From Gemmatimonadota bacterium (GTDB taxonomy: Bacteria > Gemmatimonadota > Gemmatimonadetes > Gemmatimonadales > GWC2-71-9), in NCBI GenBank assembly GCA_031400975.1, contig JANNQX010000147.1:393-64392 (forward strand): a stretch of 64,000 nucleotides of DNA, written 5' to 3'. The position numbers and the translations under genes were made by a program. Shown piece after piece: positions 48,390-57,261 of the stretch; the first letter of the stretch is position 1; every line of letters starts with the position of its first letter. The notes beneath the pieces are model-generated. The model was not told the origin of the DNA and did no database searches. It worked only from the letters and a program-made list of their open reading frames with translations.

Positions 48390-50387
48390 CTAGGTCCGGT
48401 TGACGCGGTGGTCGTCGGAGCAGATCAATCCGTTGGGCGGAATGACCAACCGGGTCGGGGCAGGCCGTGGGGCGACGCCGGTGGCGGTTTCGCGGTACAA
48501 CACCTTGAGGTCGTCGACGAATTCCACGCCCGGGATTCGTTGCAACAGCGCGAAGAGCTCGGAGGTGTGGAGCTCCCGGCCGAAGGGCCAGCCCTTGCCG
48601 TCCGGCCCGCCGACGCACGGATTGAGGTAGCGGAGGAGTTCGGTCTCGCAGCGGCGACGCACTTCGGCCACCAGACCCGGCTCAGCGTTAGGCGGAAGAC
48701 CAACCCGGGCTTCCACCGAGACCCAGTAGAACTGGGGGGCCTGGACGGACACCTGGGTCCCGAGCAGTCGGCGCTCCGTGAGGTAGGCCTGAGTTGCTTG
48801 ACTGAGTTCGGTGGAGAGCAGCAGGCGCTCCGGTGGGATGTGGCCGCTCGGATCGTCGACCTCGGACAGAATCGTCACCACCACGTTGCCGGGCTTCGGG
48901 TCATTGGGGCCGCCGGGCTGGGACCCAGGACCCTGACAATGGGCCCGAAGCACGCCGGGTACCTGGCGGGCGAGGGTCTCGAAGTCGTCTTTGGTAACCG
49001 CGCGGGTTTGGGTCCGAAGCCGTTGGGGCGCCCGAAGCTTTGCGTCCTCAAGACTCTGTCCGTCGCGACCGCCCAGGGCCGGCTGCCGGTTTACCACTCG
49101 AGTGATATAGGGAATCGACGACTTGAGGACGGTGATCATGCCTTTGGGGACGTTGCCGGCCGCGCCGCCCCCGTGTTGATAGCGGCTGAACCGAAGCACG
49201 CTACCCTTGGCGGGCACTCGCCCGAACCGATAGACGTTGCCATCGGGCTGGAGGAGGGCCGGCCCCAAGTTCAGGGCGCCGTCATTGCTATCGAGCGTGA
49301 AGTGTGGATCGGTCGGACCTGAGTCGCCGAAGTCGGCGACCTCGGCCCAATGCTCGGGTGCGCCGCCGGGGGCGGTGACGACCAAGTAGTCGCGGCCGGG
49401 ATCCAAGGCGAGCACTGGGGTCTGCGACAGACGAAAGACCTGGCCGGCGGTACCATCGGCCTCGCCGAGGACTTCGTCCAGCACGGTGACCGCGTGCCGG
49501 GCCGGCACCGTCCCGCCGAGCGCCACCAGCCGCAGCTGGCCGATTTCGGGGGACTTTTCGTAGGTCGCCGATCCCGCGGGCGCCTCGACCATTCGAACCC
49601 GGAGCCAGTGGGCGGAGACGTCGCGGAAACTGATTTGAGCCATGGCGGGCAAATGGAGAATGACTTCGCCCGACCAAGTGAAGCCCCCGGTGCCGTCATG
49701 CTCGATGTCGCACGGAGCCCAGCGATCGGCCCCGCCCTGCCACACTTCCCAGATGATCGGGGGGTTGGTTGGATCGACGCCCGCGGTCTCGGCCGCCTGG
49801 CACTCGAGCGTAATGCCCAAGATCTGGTGGCTGTGGTCCTCCTTGAGCGCGAGGTAGAAGGCGTCGCCTGGGTTCGGCTCGCCGGCGAACAGCGGAATCC
49901 GTTGGCCGGGCAAATCGATTTGGCTGAGGTCGTGAGTCACCCACTGGCCTTCGTCGCGACGGTCGATATCGCGGGTGAAGGCGGCGACCAGCTTGGGAGG
50001 CCGGATGACGAGATCCGCCTCGGTCGTGAAGATGATCGCCGCATTGCTCTCGGTCCGCACGGTTCCGACCTCGGTATTCTCCGAGATGGACACGGGGCCA
50101 GGCTGGGGCGCCGAGAGGTAGAACGTGATCGGTACGTTGGCGGAGCGGGGTGGATCGAGCCTCACCCCGATCAAGTCGAGAAACTTCACGTACATCTTGT
50201 CCGGCGTCTGATTGACCCGGTAGAGCAACAGGTCGGTCATCCAGGCAAACAGCTCGATCAACGCAACCCCGGGGTCACTGACGTTGTGGTCAGTCCACTC
50301 CGGGCAATATTGCGGGATCAGGGTCTTGGCCTGATCGACGATGTCCTGAAACCGCCGGTCGTCAAGGCTGACAGTAGGTAAGGGCAT
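48390..50387 (-). CDS. CIS baseplate assembly protein (baseplate J/gp6-like)
   Basis: LDDRRFQDIVD..IPQYCPEWTDHNVSDPGV, GGGAAGNV, RAVTKDDFE, GWPFGR. Confidence 0.93.
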   Translation of the reverse strand: MPLPTVSLDDRRFQDIVDQAKTLIPQYCPEWTDHNVSDPGVALIELFAWMTDLLLYRVNQTPDKMYVKFLDLIGVRLDPPRSANVPITFYLSAPQPGPVSISENTEVGTVRTESNAAIIFTTEADLVIRPPKLVAAFTRDIDRRDEGQWVTHDLSQIDLPGQRIPLFAGEPNPGDAFYLALKEDHSHQILGITLECQAAETAGVDPTNPPIIWEVWQGGADRWAPCDIEHDGTGGFTWSGEVILHLPAMAQISFRDVSAHWLRVRMVEAPAGSATYEKSPEIGQLRLVALGGTVPARHAVTVLDEVLGEADGTAGQVFRLSQTPVLALDPGRDYLVVTAPGGAPEHWAEVADFGDSGPTDPHFTLDSNDGALNLGPALLQPDGNVYRFGRVPAKGSVLRFSRYQHGGGAAGNVPKGMITVLKSSIPYITRVVNRQPALGGRDGQSLEDAKLRAPQRLRTQTRAVTKDDFETLARQVPGVLRAHCQGPGSQPGGPNDPKPGNVVVTILSEVDDPSGHIPPERLLLSTELSQATQAYLTERRLLGTQVSVQAPQFYWVSVEARVGLPPNAEPGLVAEVRRRCETELLRYLNPCVGGPDGKGWPFGRELHTSELFALLQRIPGVEFVDDLKVLYRETATGVAPRPAPTRLVIPPNGLICSDDHRVNRT

Positions 50388-50400
50388 GGGTGTGGCTCTC

Positions 50401-50823
50401 TCACTCCCCTGGGATGCGGTAGAAGGGGAAAACCAAGGAGCGCTGATCGTAAGTTGCTTTGATCTCGTAATGGATCCGAATCATCAACCGCTCGTCGTGG
50501 TCGGGGTCAGCGTCTGCCTCGATGCTGAGCACCGTGATCCGGGGCTCCCACATCTTGAGGGCGTCCTCCACGTAGGACGCGGCCAGGCCCGCTGTCGTCG
50601 CATTGTTTTCCGCGAAGATCAGATCGTGGATCTGGCAGCCGAATTCCGGTCGCATGACCCGTTGGCCCTTAGGCGTGAGGAGGATCATCGCCATCGCTTC
50701 CTCGATGTCCCGCTCCCGGTGGGAGAGGGAAATCCGGCCTCGGACGTCAGTGGTGACCGGGAACGACCAGCCACTCCCGACGAAGTCCCTGCTGCGATGG
50801 TTGCTACCGAAACCTGTTGCCAC
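50401..50823 (-). CDS. GPW/gp25 baseplate protein
   Basis: GSGWSFP, ILLTPKGQRVMRPEFGC, WEPRI, LVFPFY. Confidence 0.93.
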   Translation of the reverse strand: MATGFGSNHRSRDFVGSGWSFPVTTDVRGRISLSHRERDIEEAMAMILLTPKGQRVMRPEFGCQIHDLIFAENNATTAGLAASYVEDALKMWEPRITVLSIEADADPDHDERLMIRIHYEIKATYDQRSLVFPFYRIPGE

Positions 50824-50834
50824 GGAGTTCCATT

Positions 50835-52505
50835 TCAGTTCAGGTTGACCATGGTGCCCTTGACCGTGACCGTGCCACCCCCGCCATCGAGTTTGGCACT
50901 CATTCCTTTCACCTCAACCGCTCCGGTCGCGGCGATATTGCACTTCCCGCCGGCCTTGACGTCGACGTTGCCTTTGGCGTCGATGGTGGCGTCGCCCTTG
51001 ACCGTGATCGTGAGCTTGTCCGACCCGGTGTCGAGCTTGATCGAGTTCCCATTCTTGTCGACGATCTCGATTCCGCCGCCGCCGTCGGTGTCGTCGAAGA
51101 GGAGTTTGTGGCCGACCCGGGTCTGGATCACTCGCTTTTGGACCTTACTGCCGGACACCGCGTCCTTGGCGTCCTTGGGTTGCTTGTCGACGCCGTTCCA
51201 GAGGCCGCCCAGGATGTATGGCTGGTGAATATCGCCCTGCTCGAAGCCGACGAGGACCTCGTCCTCGATTTCAGGCAGGAAACTGATCCCCCGGTCGGCT
51301 CCGGCCCCGATCGAGACAACCCGGGACCAAAAACTCGCCTGGTCCGACGCCAACCAAGGGAATTTGACCTTGACCCGGCCAAGGCTTTGGGGATCGTTGT
51401 TGTCAGTGACGATCGCGATCGCGAGACCGGTGTGGGTTGGCGGCGAGGTGGAGGCGAGGAGTGAGAGTAGGGTCGACGGGTTCTGGCCCGAAACACTGAA
51501 GTGGGTTTTGAAGCTCTTGTCTTCACCGTATTCGTGCCGGCAACTCGTCACCAGATAGGTTCCGCTGAACCGAGTACCGAGGGAAGAGATCTTGACGGGG
51601 GAACCGGCCAGGATCTGGGGGTTCCCGGCACAGACGGCCTCGGCCTCGATGAACCGGCTGGCGTGCTCCCCGGCAAGCGCTTTCGCCAAGGCATCGGCCG
51701 ATGCTTGGTCACGCACCGGAATATGGGCGCCTTGGTTGGTCGCGTTGCCTCCAAAGGCCTGCTCAGCCAGGCTCCCTCCGGGTTTGACTCCGACCTCCGG
51801 TCCGCCTTCGTTGGTCTTGGCCCGACCGACGACCTCCTGTTTTTTCTCTGGATCCCAGCCTCGGACGATGGTCCCGGTGACTTGGTCGACGGTCGTCAAA
51901 CAGGGATGGAATTCCGTGAGCGTGGCGGGCCACTGGAGATCAACCGACGGCCCGTCGGCTTTTGGCTCGGTGAAGTGGAGGGTCTTCCCGTCAACATAGA
52001 CCACGAATCCGAGAGCGGCGGCCCGCTTGCGGAGAAACTCGAGGTTGGTCTCGTTATTCTGGAACAAGTACTTGTGGACCGGCCCGGCTTTTCCATTGAA
52101 GCCCAGGCCGGCTTCACCGGCAAGCTTCTTGGCCACGTCCGCGTCGGTGACGTTGACGAACGAACGAACTTTGCGGCCGCGTGACAACCGGTGCAGCCGG
52201 TCGAACGCTCGGACGACCAACCGGACGGCGTCAAGGCCGAAGGCCGGCTCGAGTCCGACGATCTCGCCGTCGAACACCAAGTGGTCCTTGCCATCGGTAT
52301 TGGCTTTGATCTTGAGAGACTTGCCCGGTTCGAGGACTTGTTGGTCAATCCAATGAAGGCGGCTGTCGTGGAGCACCAAGGTTGCGGAGTCCGGCAAGTG
52401 AAGACTGCTCTCGACCGTCAGTGCGACGAGGTCGACAACCAGCTCGTCATGCAGTTGGCCGTCGATCTCGAGGTGAACATGGTTGAGGAGCGCCGGACTA
52501 CCCAT
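50835..52505 (-). CDS. VgrG-like spike (gp27-gp5)
   Basis: QNNETNLEFL, GWDP..K, GRVKVKFPW, FLPEIEDEVLVGFEQGD..PYILGGLWNG, beta-helix ending VNLN. Confidence 0.93.
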   Translation of the reverse strand: MGSPALLNHVHLEIDGQLHDELVVDLVALTVESSLHLPDSATLVLHDSRLHWIDQQVLEPGKSLKIKANTDGKDHLVFDGEIVGLEPAFGLDAVRLVVRAFDRLHRLSRGRKVRSFVNVTDADVAKKLAGEAGLGFNGKAGPVHKYLFQNNETNLEFLRKRAAALGFVVYVDGKTLHFTEPKADGPSVDLQWPATLTEFHPCLTTVDQVTGTIVRGWDPEKKQEVVGRAKTNEGGPEVGVKPGGSLAEQAFGGNATNQGAHIPVRDQASADALAKALAGEHASRFIEAEAVCAGNPQILAGSPVKISSLGTRFSGTYLVTSCRHEYGEDKSFKTHFSVSGQNPSTLLSLLASTSPPTHTGLAIAIVTDNNDPQSLGRVKVKFPWLASDQASFWSRVVSIGAGADRGISFLPEIEDEVLVGFEQGDIHQPYILGGLWNGVDKQPKDAKDAVSGSKVQKRVIQTRVGHKLLFDDTDGGGGIEIVDKNGNSIKLDTGSDKLTITVKGDATIDAKGNVDVKAGGKCNIAATGAVEVKGMSAKLDGGGGTVTVKGTMVNLN

Positions 52506-53163
52506 TCGGGATCACCAGCGTCATCCCGGGCGGCAGGTGACGGACGGTCTCCAGCTGATTCGCTTCCGCGATCAGCCGCCACATCGACGTGTCGCCATAC
52601 TCCTTGTAGGCGATCCATCCGAGGCTGTCGCCGGCGGTCACGGTCCAGACCCGGTCGCCGCCGATTCCCCCAGAGGTGGGGTTTTGTTTGGCGAGGGCCT
52701 CCTCGTCCTTGGCCTGCTGAAAACTGACCGTGACCATGGCCCGGACCGGGATTCCGTCCTCCAGAAAAAGCGTAAACTTCTGGCTCAGGCTGGTGATGAC
52801 TCCCTCGAACGACCACGTCTTACCCCAGACGAACTTGACCTTCGGTGGGCGTCCTTTCTTGCTCTTCTTGTCCTTGAGCTTGGGATCGACCAGCATCAGC
52901 TTCCACAGCTTGTCGGTGTACTTGGTCCGGACGTCTTCCGGTTTGACCCCGGGCTTCGCGTCGAGGTAGGTATCGAACAGCAATTCCATCGCCAAAGTTG
53001 CTGGTGATCCGCCGCCAAACGTCGTCTGGGGAGTATTGGCCCCGGCTTTCTGATCGCTAGTCCAATTGTTCTTCTTGTCGAACGTGTAAGTGTTCGGATT
53101 GAAGAGACACTCCAACCTCTGGGAGTTCTCCAGATTGATGATTTCTGCTTTGCTGAGCGCCAT
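52498..53163 (-). CDS. CIS tube initiator/LysM protein (Afp7-like)
   Basis: CLFNP, PPKVKFVWG, FLEDGIPVRA, QNPTSGG, LysM GDSL..IA..EYGD..WR.IA.AN. Confidence 0.9.
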   Translation of the reverse strand: MALSKAEIINLENSQRLECLFNPNTYTFDKKNNWTSDQKAGANTPQTTFGGGSPATLAMELLFDTYLDAKPGVKPEDVRTKYTDKLWKLMLVDPKLKDKKSKKGRPPKVKFVWGKTWSFEGVITSLSQKFTLFLEDGIPVRAMVTVSFQQAKDEEALAKQNPTSGGIGGDRVWTVTAGDSLGWIAYKEYGDTSMWRLIAEANQLETVRHLPPGMTLVIPNG

Positions 53164-53180
53164 GGCGGCCTCTCCCTCTC

Positions 53181-55772
53181 CTAATGGGCCCGGCGCCGCT
53201 CACCAGCGAGGCGACGCTTGAGGACCGTATAGACTTGTTTGGCGAGCGTATCGAGGTCGACCTTCGGCGCGCCGCCGATTGCTGCCGGCCCCGTGGGCGC
53301 CGAGGCATGCTGATCCGGCACCTGCCGGTCCGCCCCAGCCGCCTGAATCGGCGGCGGCGTGGTGGTGACCGACCAGGGTCCGGCCGGGGCCGAGGGACTG
53401 GTCGGACCCGCCGACCCCACCTCGGCTACCGGTCCGGACCGACTTGGCGGTAGATCCGGCAGCGGTTCCCAAGGTGCCGGGAGAGTTCCCCACCGCGGCG
53501 GCGCCTCTGGATCGGCCGGCGTTAGGCTCCGGATCGGCGCCTCGTGCGGGTCGAGAATTTCGGTCGCCGGCACCGGCGGCGGAGGGCTCGACCCCCGGGT
53601 GGCACCCGATGTGCGATCGCGGCTGGCCGCGATTGCCGCGGCCTCAACCACCAACGCCATCGCCTCTTCCTCGGCGGCGTGCGTCACACTCGGGGCGCCC
53701 TGGCCCGGACCCCGGGGCGTCGACTGCTGCCGCGCCGAAGGACGGAACGGCGGTCGGCCGGGCTGGACCGGGCGCGGCATGCCTCGAAGAATCGGGGGCA
53801 CGAACCGGGGGGTCCGTTGTCGGGCAACGTGGAGGAGTTCATGGCCCAGCAGGCCAACCGTCTTCGGGTCACTGTCCTGGTGGCCCGGGCCCAGGACGAT
53901 CTGTTCCCCGACCGCCAGCGCATCGGCCTGGAGCGCTCCAGTCGCTTCAGCAGCCTCGGCCCCTTGGTGAACCCGAACCGAACCGACATCGATTCCGATC
54001 AGCGGCTCAAGCAATTCGCGATTGGCAATCGACAGCGGCTGCCCTTGTGGCGGAGCTTTGGCCGGGGTTTGCGGGGCCTGGACTTCCAAAGGTCCGTGGG
54101 CGGCCTGAAGTCGGGCGAGCCACTCCATCGGGCCGGCCGATTCTTCGACCGGCGGCGGCTCGATCGGTGGCGGCTCGATCGGTAGCGACGCGGCCGCGGC
54201 GCCGGCGGGCTGAACCGCTTCGGCGGCTGGCTCCGGCGCGACCGATCGGGTCTCATCCCCGGCGCGGTGTTCGAGGGATCGCTCGGGGCGGCGACCAGGG
54301 GAGCGAGCCTGTCGGGTTTCGACCGGCGCCCAGTTGGGAGCCGGCGGCTTCGGATCGATCGCGGCCGACGGGGGGGCGAGGGCGGTTTCGACCGGCAGCG
54401 TCGGCTGGGCTCCGATCGCAGCCTCGGCGCCGACCGGCTCGCCGCTCGGCCCGGCCCTCACCGGCTCGGCCTCGATCGCCGCTTGGCCGATCAGTTCGCC
54501 GGCAACCGGTTCCCATGCCGGTCCGCTGACCGATTCGTCCGGGGTCGGCTGGAGCGAGTCGGAGATCACGGGGGGCTGCGACGTAGGGCCAGGTTCGGAA
54601 ACCAGCCGGGGGCTCTCGGCGTGACTCACCGGGTCTGAAGGCGGCGGGCCCGAGGTTGCGACGGCCGAAGGCGCTGCGGCTTCCGGGCCTGCCGCTGCCC
54701 GGGCAATCGCCGGTTCGGCACGAGGTGTCGGCTCGGGAACCAAAGCCGGGCTCACGGGGGGCGGGGTCGTCGTCGGCGTCTGGTCAGCGATCGGCGTGGC
54801 CACCGGTTGGTCCGAGGGAGCGGTCCCGACCAGCCCGGGGGTTGGGGCCGATGTCATCGAGGGTTCGGGGGCCGGGGCCGGGGGCAGGATTTCCGGGACT
54901 TGGGCGACTGGAATTGCCGTCTCGCGCCCAACCGGCTCGACCACCGGGTTCCAGGGTGCCTCGACCGTTACCGGTTCCGGTTCTGTGGTGGACGCGACCG
55001 ACGCCGGAGCTTCTCCCACGACCGGCGGTGTCGTCGAGTCGACGTTGGGCGGCTCGGCGGAGGTGGCGGCAAGGGCCGGCCGAGGGGCCGGGGGCATCGG
55101 TGCGGCCTCGGCCTTGAGCGGCTCGACCGTTCGAGGCGATGGGGTGGTCTGGGCAACTCGTGGCTCAAGTGAGGGCGCCGAACGCCCGGGTGATCGAGAT
55201 CCGACGGCAACGCCGGTCACGTCATTCACCTCACTCACCTCACTCACCTCACCCACCTCACCCACCTCACTCACCTCACCCACCTGACCGACGTCACTCA
55301 CCTCACCCACGTCACTCAGGTCACTCACGTCGGCCGGTTCGGGCGTCGGGGTCCCGGGTGCCGCTGCGACGGTCAGGTCGGGCGCCTCGCCGGCGGTGTC
55401 GGCGACGGGGCCTGGGGGGCCCACGGCATCGTCCAGTTCCCAACGTAGGGGCTCAAAGCCCAGGGCAGGGGCCGGATCGTCGGCGGGGCGGAGGCCTGCA
55501 GGGGCTGTCGGTTCTTCAGGCTTCGCGAGGGGCCAACTCGGACGGATGCTCGTTGAGTCGACCGGCTCGACGAACCGTCGCGCCGGAGCGGGCCTGTCAC
55601 GCTCGGGCCGGGGGGCCCAATTGAGCAAGGTGAGTCGGCGCCTGGCGATCCCGACCGTCTCTAGGATGAGCTGCCCAGTCGTCGGGCGCTGGAGGATGGC
55701 ATGGCGGCGCCGGAGCGTCGTCGCGAATCGCTCCATCCGGGCAAGGCGGACTCGATTGAGCCAAGTTAGCAT
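53181..55772 (-). CDS. Pro-rich DUF4157 (eCIS core) protein; tape-measure/lumen-cargo candidate
   Basis: VRVHQG..A..LQADALAVGEQIV...LLGHELLHVARQ; long low-complexity arms; C-terminal DLDTLAKQVY..LKRRL. Confidence 0.8.
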   Translation of the reverse strand: MLTWLNRVRLARMERFATTLRRRHAILQRPTTGQLILETVGIARRRLTLLNWAPRPERDRPAPARRFVEPVDSTSIRPSWPLAKPEEPTAPAGLRPADDPAPALGFEPLRWELDDAVGPPGPVADTAGEAPDLTVAAAPGTPTPEPADVSDLSDVGEVSDVGQVGEVSEVGEVGEVSEVSEVNDVTGVAVGSRSPGRSAPSLEPRVAQTTPSPRTVEPLKAEAAPMPPAPRPALAATSAEPPNVDSTTPPVVGEAPASVASTTEPEPVTVEAPWNPVVEPVGRETAIPVAQVPEILPPAPAPEPSMTSAPTPGLVGTAPSDQPVATPIADQTPTTTPPPVSPALVPEPTPRAEPAIARAAAGPEAAAPSAVATSGPPPSDPVSHAESPRLVSEPGPTSQPPVISDSLQPTPDESVSGPAWEPVAGELIGQAAIEAEPVRAGPSGEPVGAEAAIGAQPTLPVETALAPPSAAIDPKPPAPNWAPVETRQARSPGRRPERSLEHRAGDETRSVAPEPAAEAVQPAGAAAASLPIEPPPIEPPPVEESAGPMEWLARLQAAHGPLEVQAPQTPAKAPPQGQPLSIANRELLEPLIGIDVGSVRVHQGAEAAEATGALQADALAVGEQIVLGPGHQDSDPKTVGLLGHELLHVARQRTPRFVPPILRGMPRPVQPGRPPFRPSARQQSTPRGPGQGAPSVTHAAEEEAMALVVEAAAIAASRDRTSGATRGSSPPPPVPATEILDPHEAPIRSLTPADPEAPPRWGTLPAPWEPLPDLPPSRSGPVAEVGSAGPTSPSAPAGPWSVTTTPPPIQAAGADRQVPDQHASAPTGPAAIGGAPKVDLDTLAKQVYTVLKRRLAGERRRAH
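55212..55328 (-). repeat. 13 x 9-bp coding tandem repeat (V-[SG]-[ED])n
   Basis: + strand units CACCTCACT/CACCTCACC; protein VSD LSD VGE VSD VGQ VGE VSE VGE VGE VSE VSE VND VTG. Confidence 0.9.
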
Positions 55773-55778
55773 CGCCGC

Positions 55779-56216
55779 TCACAGCTTACGAGTAATGCCC
55801 GAGTGCGCCAACTCGAGCGTTTCGACGGCCAGCGCGGTGCCATCGGCGACGAGCTGCGGACCGATCCACTTGACGGGGAACGCACCCAGAAAATCCCAGT
55901 GGGCGATCAACCGGCCGGTCGGATTGAACACGAACAAGGAGAGGTTCTTCTTCTCGATGCCGAGCTGGCTGCCCGCCAAATCGGCATGCCATTTGAAGAA
56001 CTCATTGCCCTTGGTGATGCCTCGTTTGAGGGTCAGATTGCCGACCTTGGAGCGGCCGGGCAACTTATGGACGAAGCCGTTGTTGCCACCTTCCTCGTAG
56101 TCCTGCACGGTCGTCTCAACCTGAAGTCCGCTCGCTTCAGTAAAGACCGCTTGGGTTTCGTTGCCGATCTGGACATAGAACCGGCAGTTGACGAAGCCTT
56201 CGTCCTTGTCAGCCAT
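55779..56216 (-). CDS. CIS minor tube protein (gp19/Afp5-like)
   Basis: FTEASGL, YEEGGNN..HKLPG, LTLKRGI, AFPVKWIGP, ETLELAHSG. Confidence 0.92.
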   Translation of the reverse strand: MADKDEGFVNCRFYVQIGNETQAVFTEASGLQVETTVQDYEEGGNNGFVHKLPGRSKVGNLTLKRGITKGNEFFKWHADLAGSQLGIEKKNLSLFVFNPTGRLIAHWDFLGAFPVKWIGPQLVADGTALAVETLELAHSGITRKL

Positions 56217-56219
56217 GGG

Positions 56220-56369
56220 TCACCCCGGAGTCCGTTGAACCCCACGGGCGCGGTCCAGCTTGGCCTCGGCGTGCATCAGCTGGTAGACCCGCTCGGCCAG
56301 TTTGGCCACGTCGATCTTGGGAAGACCGGCGGCCGCCGGGGCCGGCTGCTGGGCGGATTGGGGCTCCAT
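56220..56369 (-). CDS. 49-aa CIS small protein (missing from the ORF track)
   Basis: Hand-translated MEPQSAQQPAPAAAGLPKIDVAKLAERVYQLMHAEAKLDRARGVQRTPG*; GGAG SD 7 nt upstream; fills the gap between chaperone and tube genes. Confidence 0.7.
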   Translation of the reverse strand: MEPQSAQQPAPAAAGLPKIDVAKLAERVYQLMHAEAKLDRARGVQRTPG

Positions 56370-56372
56370 CGG

Positions 56373-56738
56373 TCAGCTCCCCACCGTTTCGGTCAGATCG
56401 ACGGGGAACCGAGCGCCGCACTCCGGGCACTGGGTTTCGGCAAGGCCAGCTCCGCTGTCGTTGAGGCGAACGAACAAGTCCTGCAGATAGGAGAAATCCG
56501 CCGAGAACAGCCTCTCGACGACCTCCGGCCCCGGGCCTTCAACCGAACCGATCCGGACGAGGACCCGGCTGAGCAGTACCACGCTCAAGTAGGATTCATG
56601 GGCCCGGACTCGGGGATCCTTCATTGCTTCGAGCTCATCAAGCGCGGTGGAGAGCCGCATCACGCCGTCGCGCCGAAGGGTTCCGGTCTGATCGACCAGA
56701 CCGCACGGTAGCGTGAATTCGTACTCGGTTTGCAGCAT
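56373..56738 (-). CDS. Putative tail assembly chaperone of actinobacterial-type CIS
   Basis: QTEYEFTLP.G.VD..G...R.G.MRL.TA.DE, ERLFSADF.YLQD, CPECG. Confidence 0.82.
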   Translation of the reverse strand: MLQTEYEFTLPCGLVDQTGTLRRDGVMRLSTALDELEAMKDPRVRAHESYLSVVLLSRVLVRIGSVEGPGPEVVERLFSADFSYLQDLFVRLNDSGAGLAETQCPECGARFPVDLTETVGS

Positions 56739-56779
56739 GAGCGCCTCTCCCGCGTCTTAATCGGTTGATTCGAATTGCT

Positions 56780-57220
56780 CTACTTGACCCGCTTATATCC
56801 TTCGTGGGTGATGGTCAACTCTTCCAACGCCACCTCGTTGTTGGCGGCGTTGCCGGTCGGCCCTGACAGCTTGCACGGCCACGCATTGACGAAGTCCCAC
56901 CGGGCTATTTCAGTGCCCTTCTGGTCGAACATCACCAGGGACCCATTCTTGCGCGCTTCGTCGATCTTGCCTTGCTCGCATAGTCCGCGCCAGGTCCACA
57001 TCAGCATCGAATCCGAGACCCCCTGCTTGAGGACGATGTCGTTCCATTTCATTCGCCCCGGGAGCTTCTTCATGATGTACTCGCCCTTCGGACCGGTCGC
57101 CTTGTGCTCGACGACCTGGGTCTCACTCCCCATTCCGGTGCACTCTTTGAACGCTCCCTGAATTTTGCCCTGAAACTCAAGGCCGAACCATGCCGATACT
57201 AAAGGGTCCTTCTCAGCCAT
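56780..57220 (-). CDS. CIS major tube protein (gp19/Afp1-like)
   Basis: FKECTGMGSE, KLPGRMKW, RKNGS, ARWDFVNAWP, EELTITHEG. Confidence 0.93.
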   Translation of the reverse strand: MAEKDPLVSAWFGLEFQGKIQGAFKECTGMGSETQVVEHKATGPKGEYIMKKLPGRMKWNDIVLKQGVSDSMLMWTWRGLCEQGKIDEARKNGSLVMFDQKGTEIARWDFVNAWPCKLSGPTGNAANNEVALEELTITHEGYKRVK

Positions 57221-57261
57221 GATGATCTCCTAGCTAGTGAAAGTGTATTTAGGCTCGAAAC

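Noticed and set aside
47982-51464. Several long + strand ORFs (446, 343, 280, 215 aa) opposite the baseplate genes
   Set aside because: Antisense shadows of well-supported minus-strand structural genes.
56209-56430. 73-aa ORF listed in the track between chaperone and tube genes
   Set aside because: Overlaps both neighbours and lacks motifs; the 49-aa ORF at 56220-56369 has an SD, fits the gap and carries a locus-shared motif.
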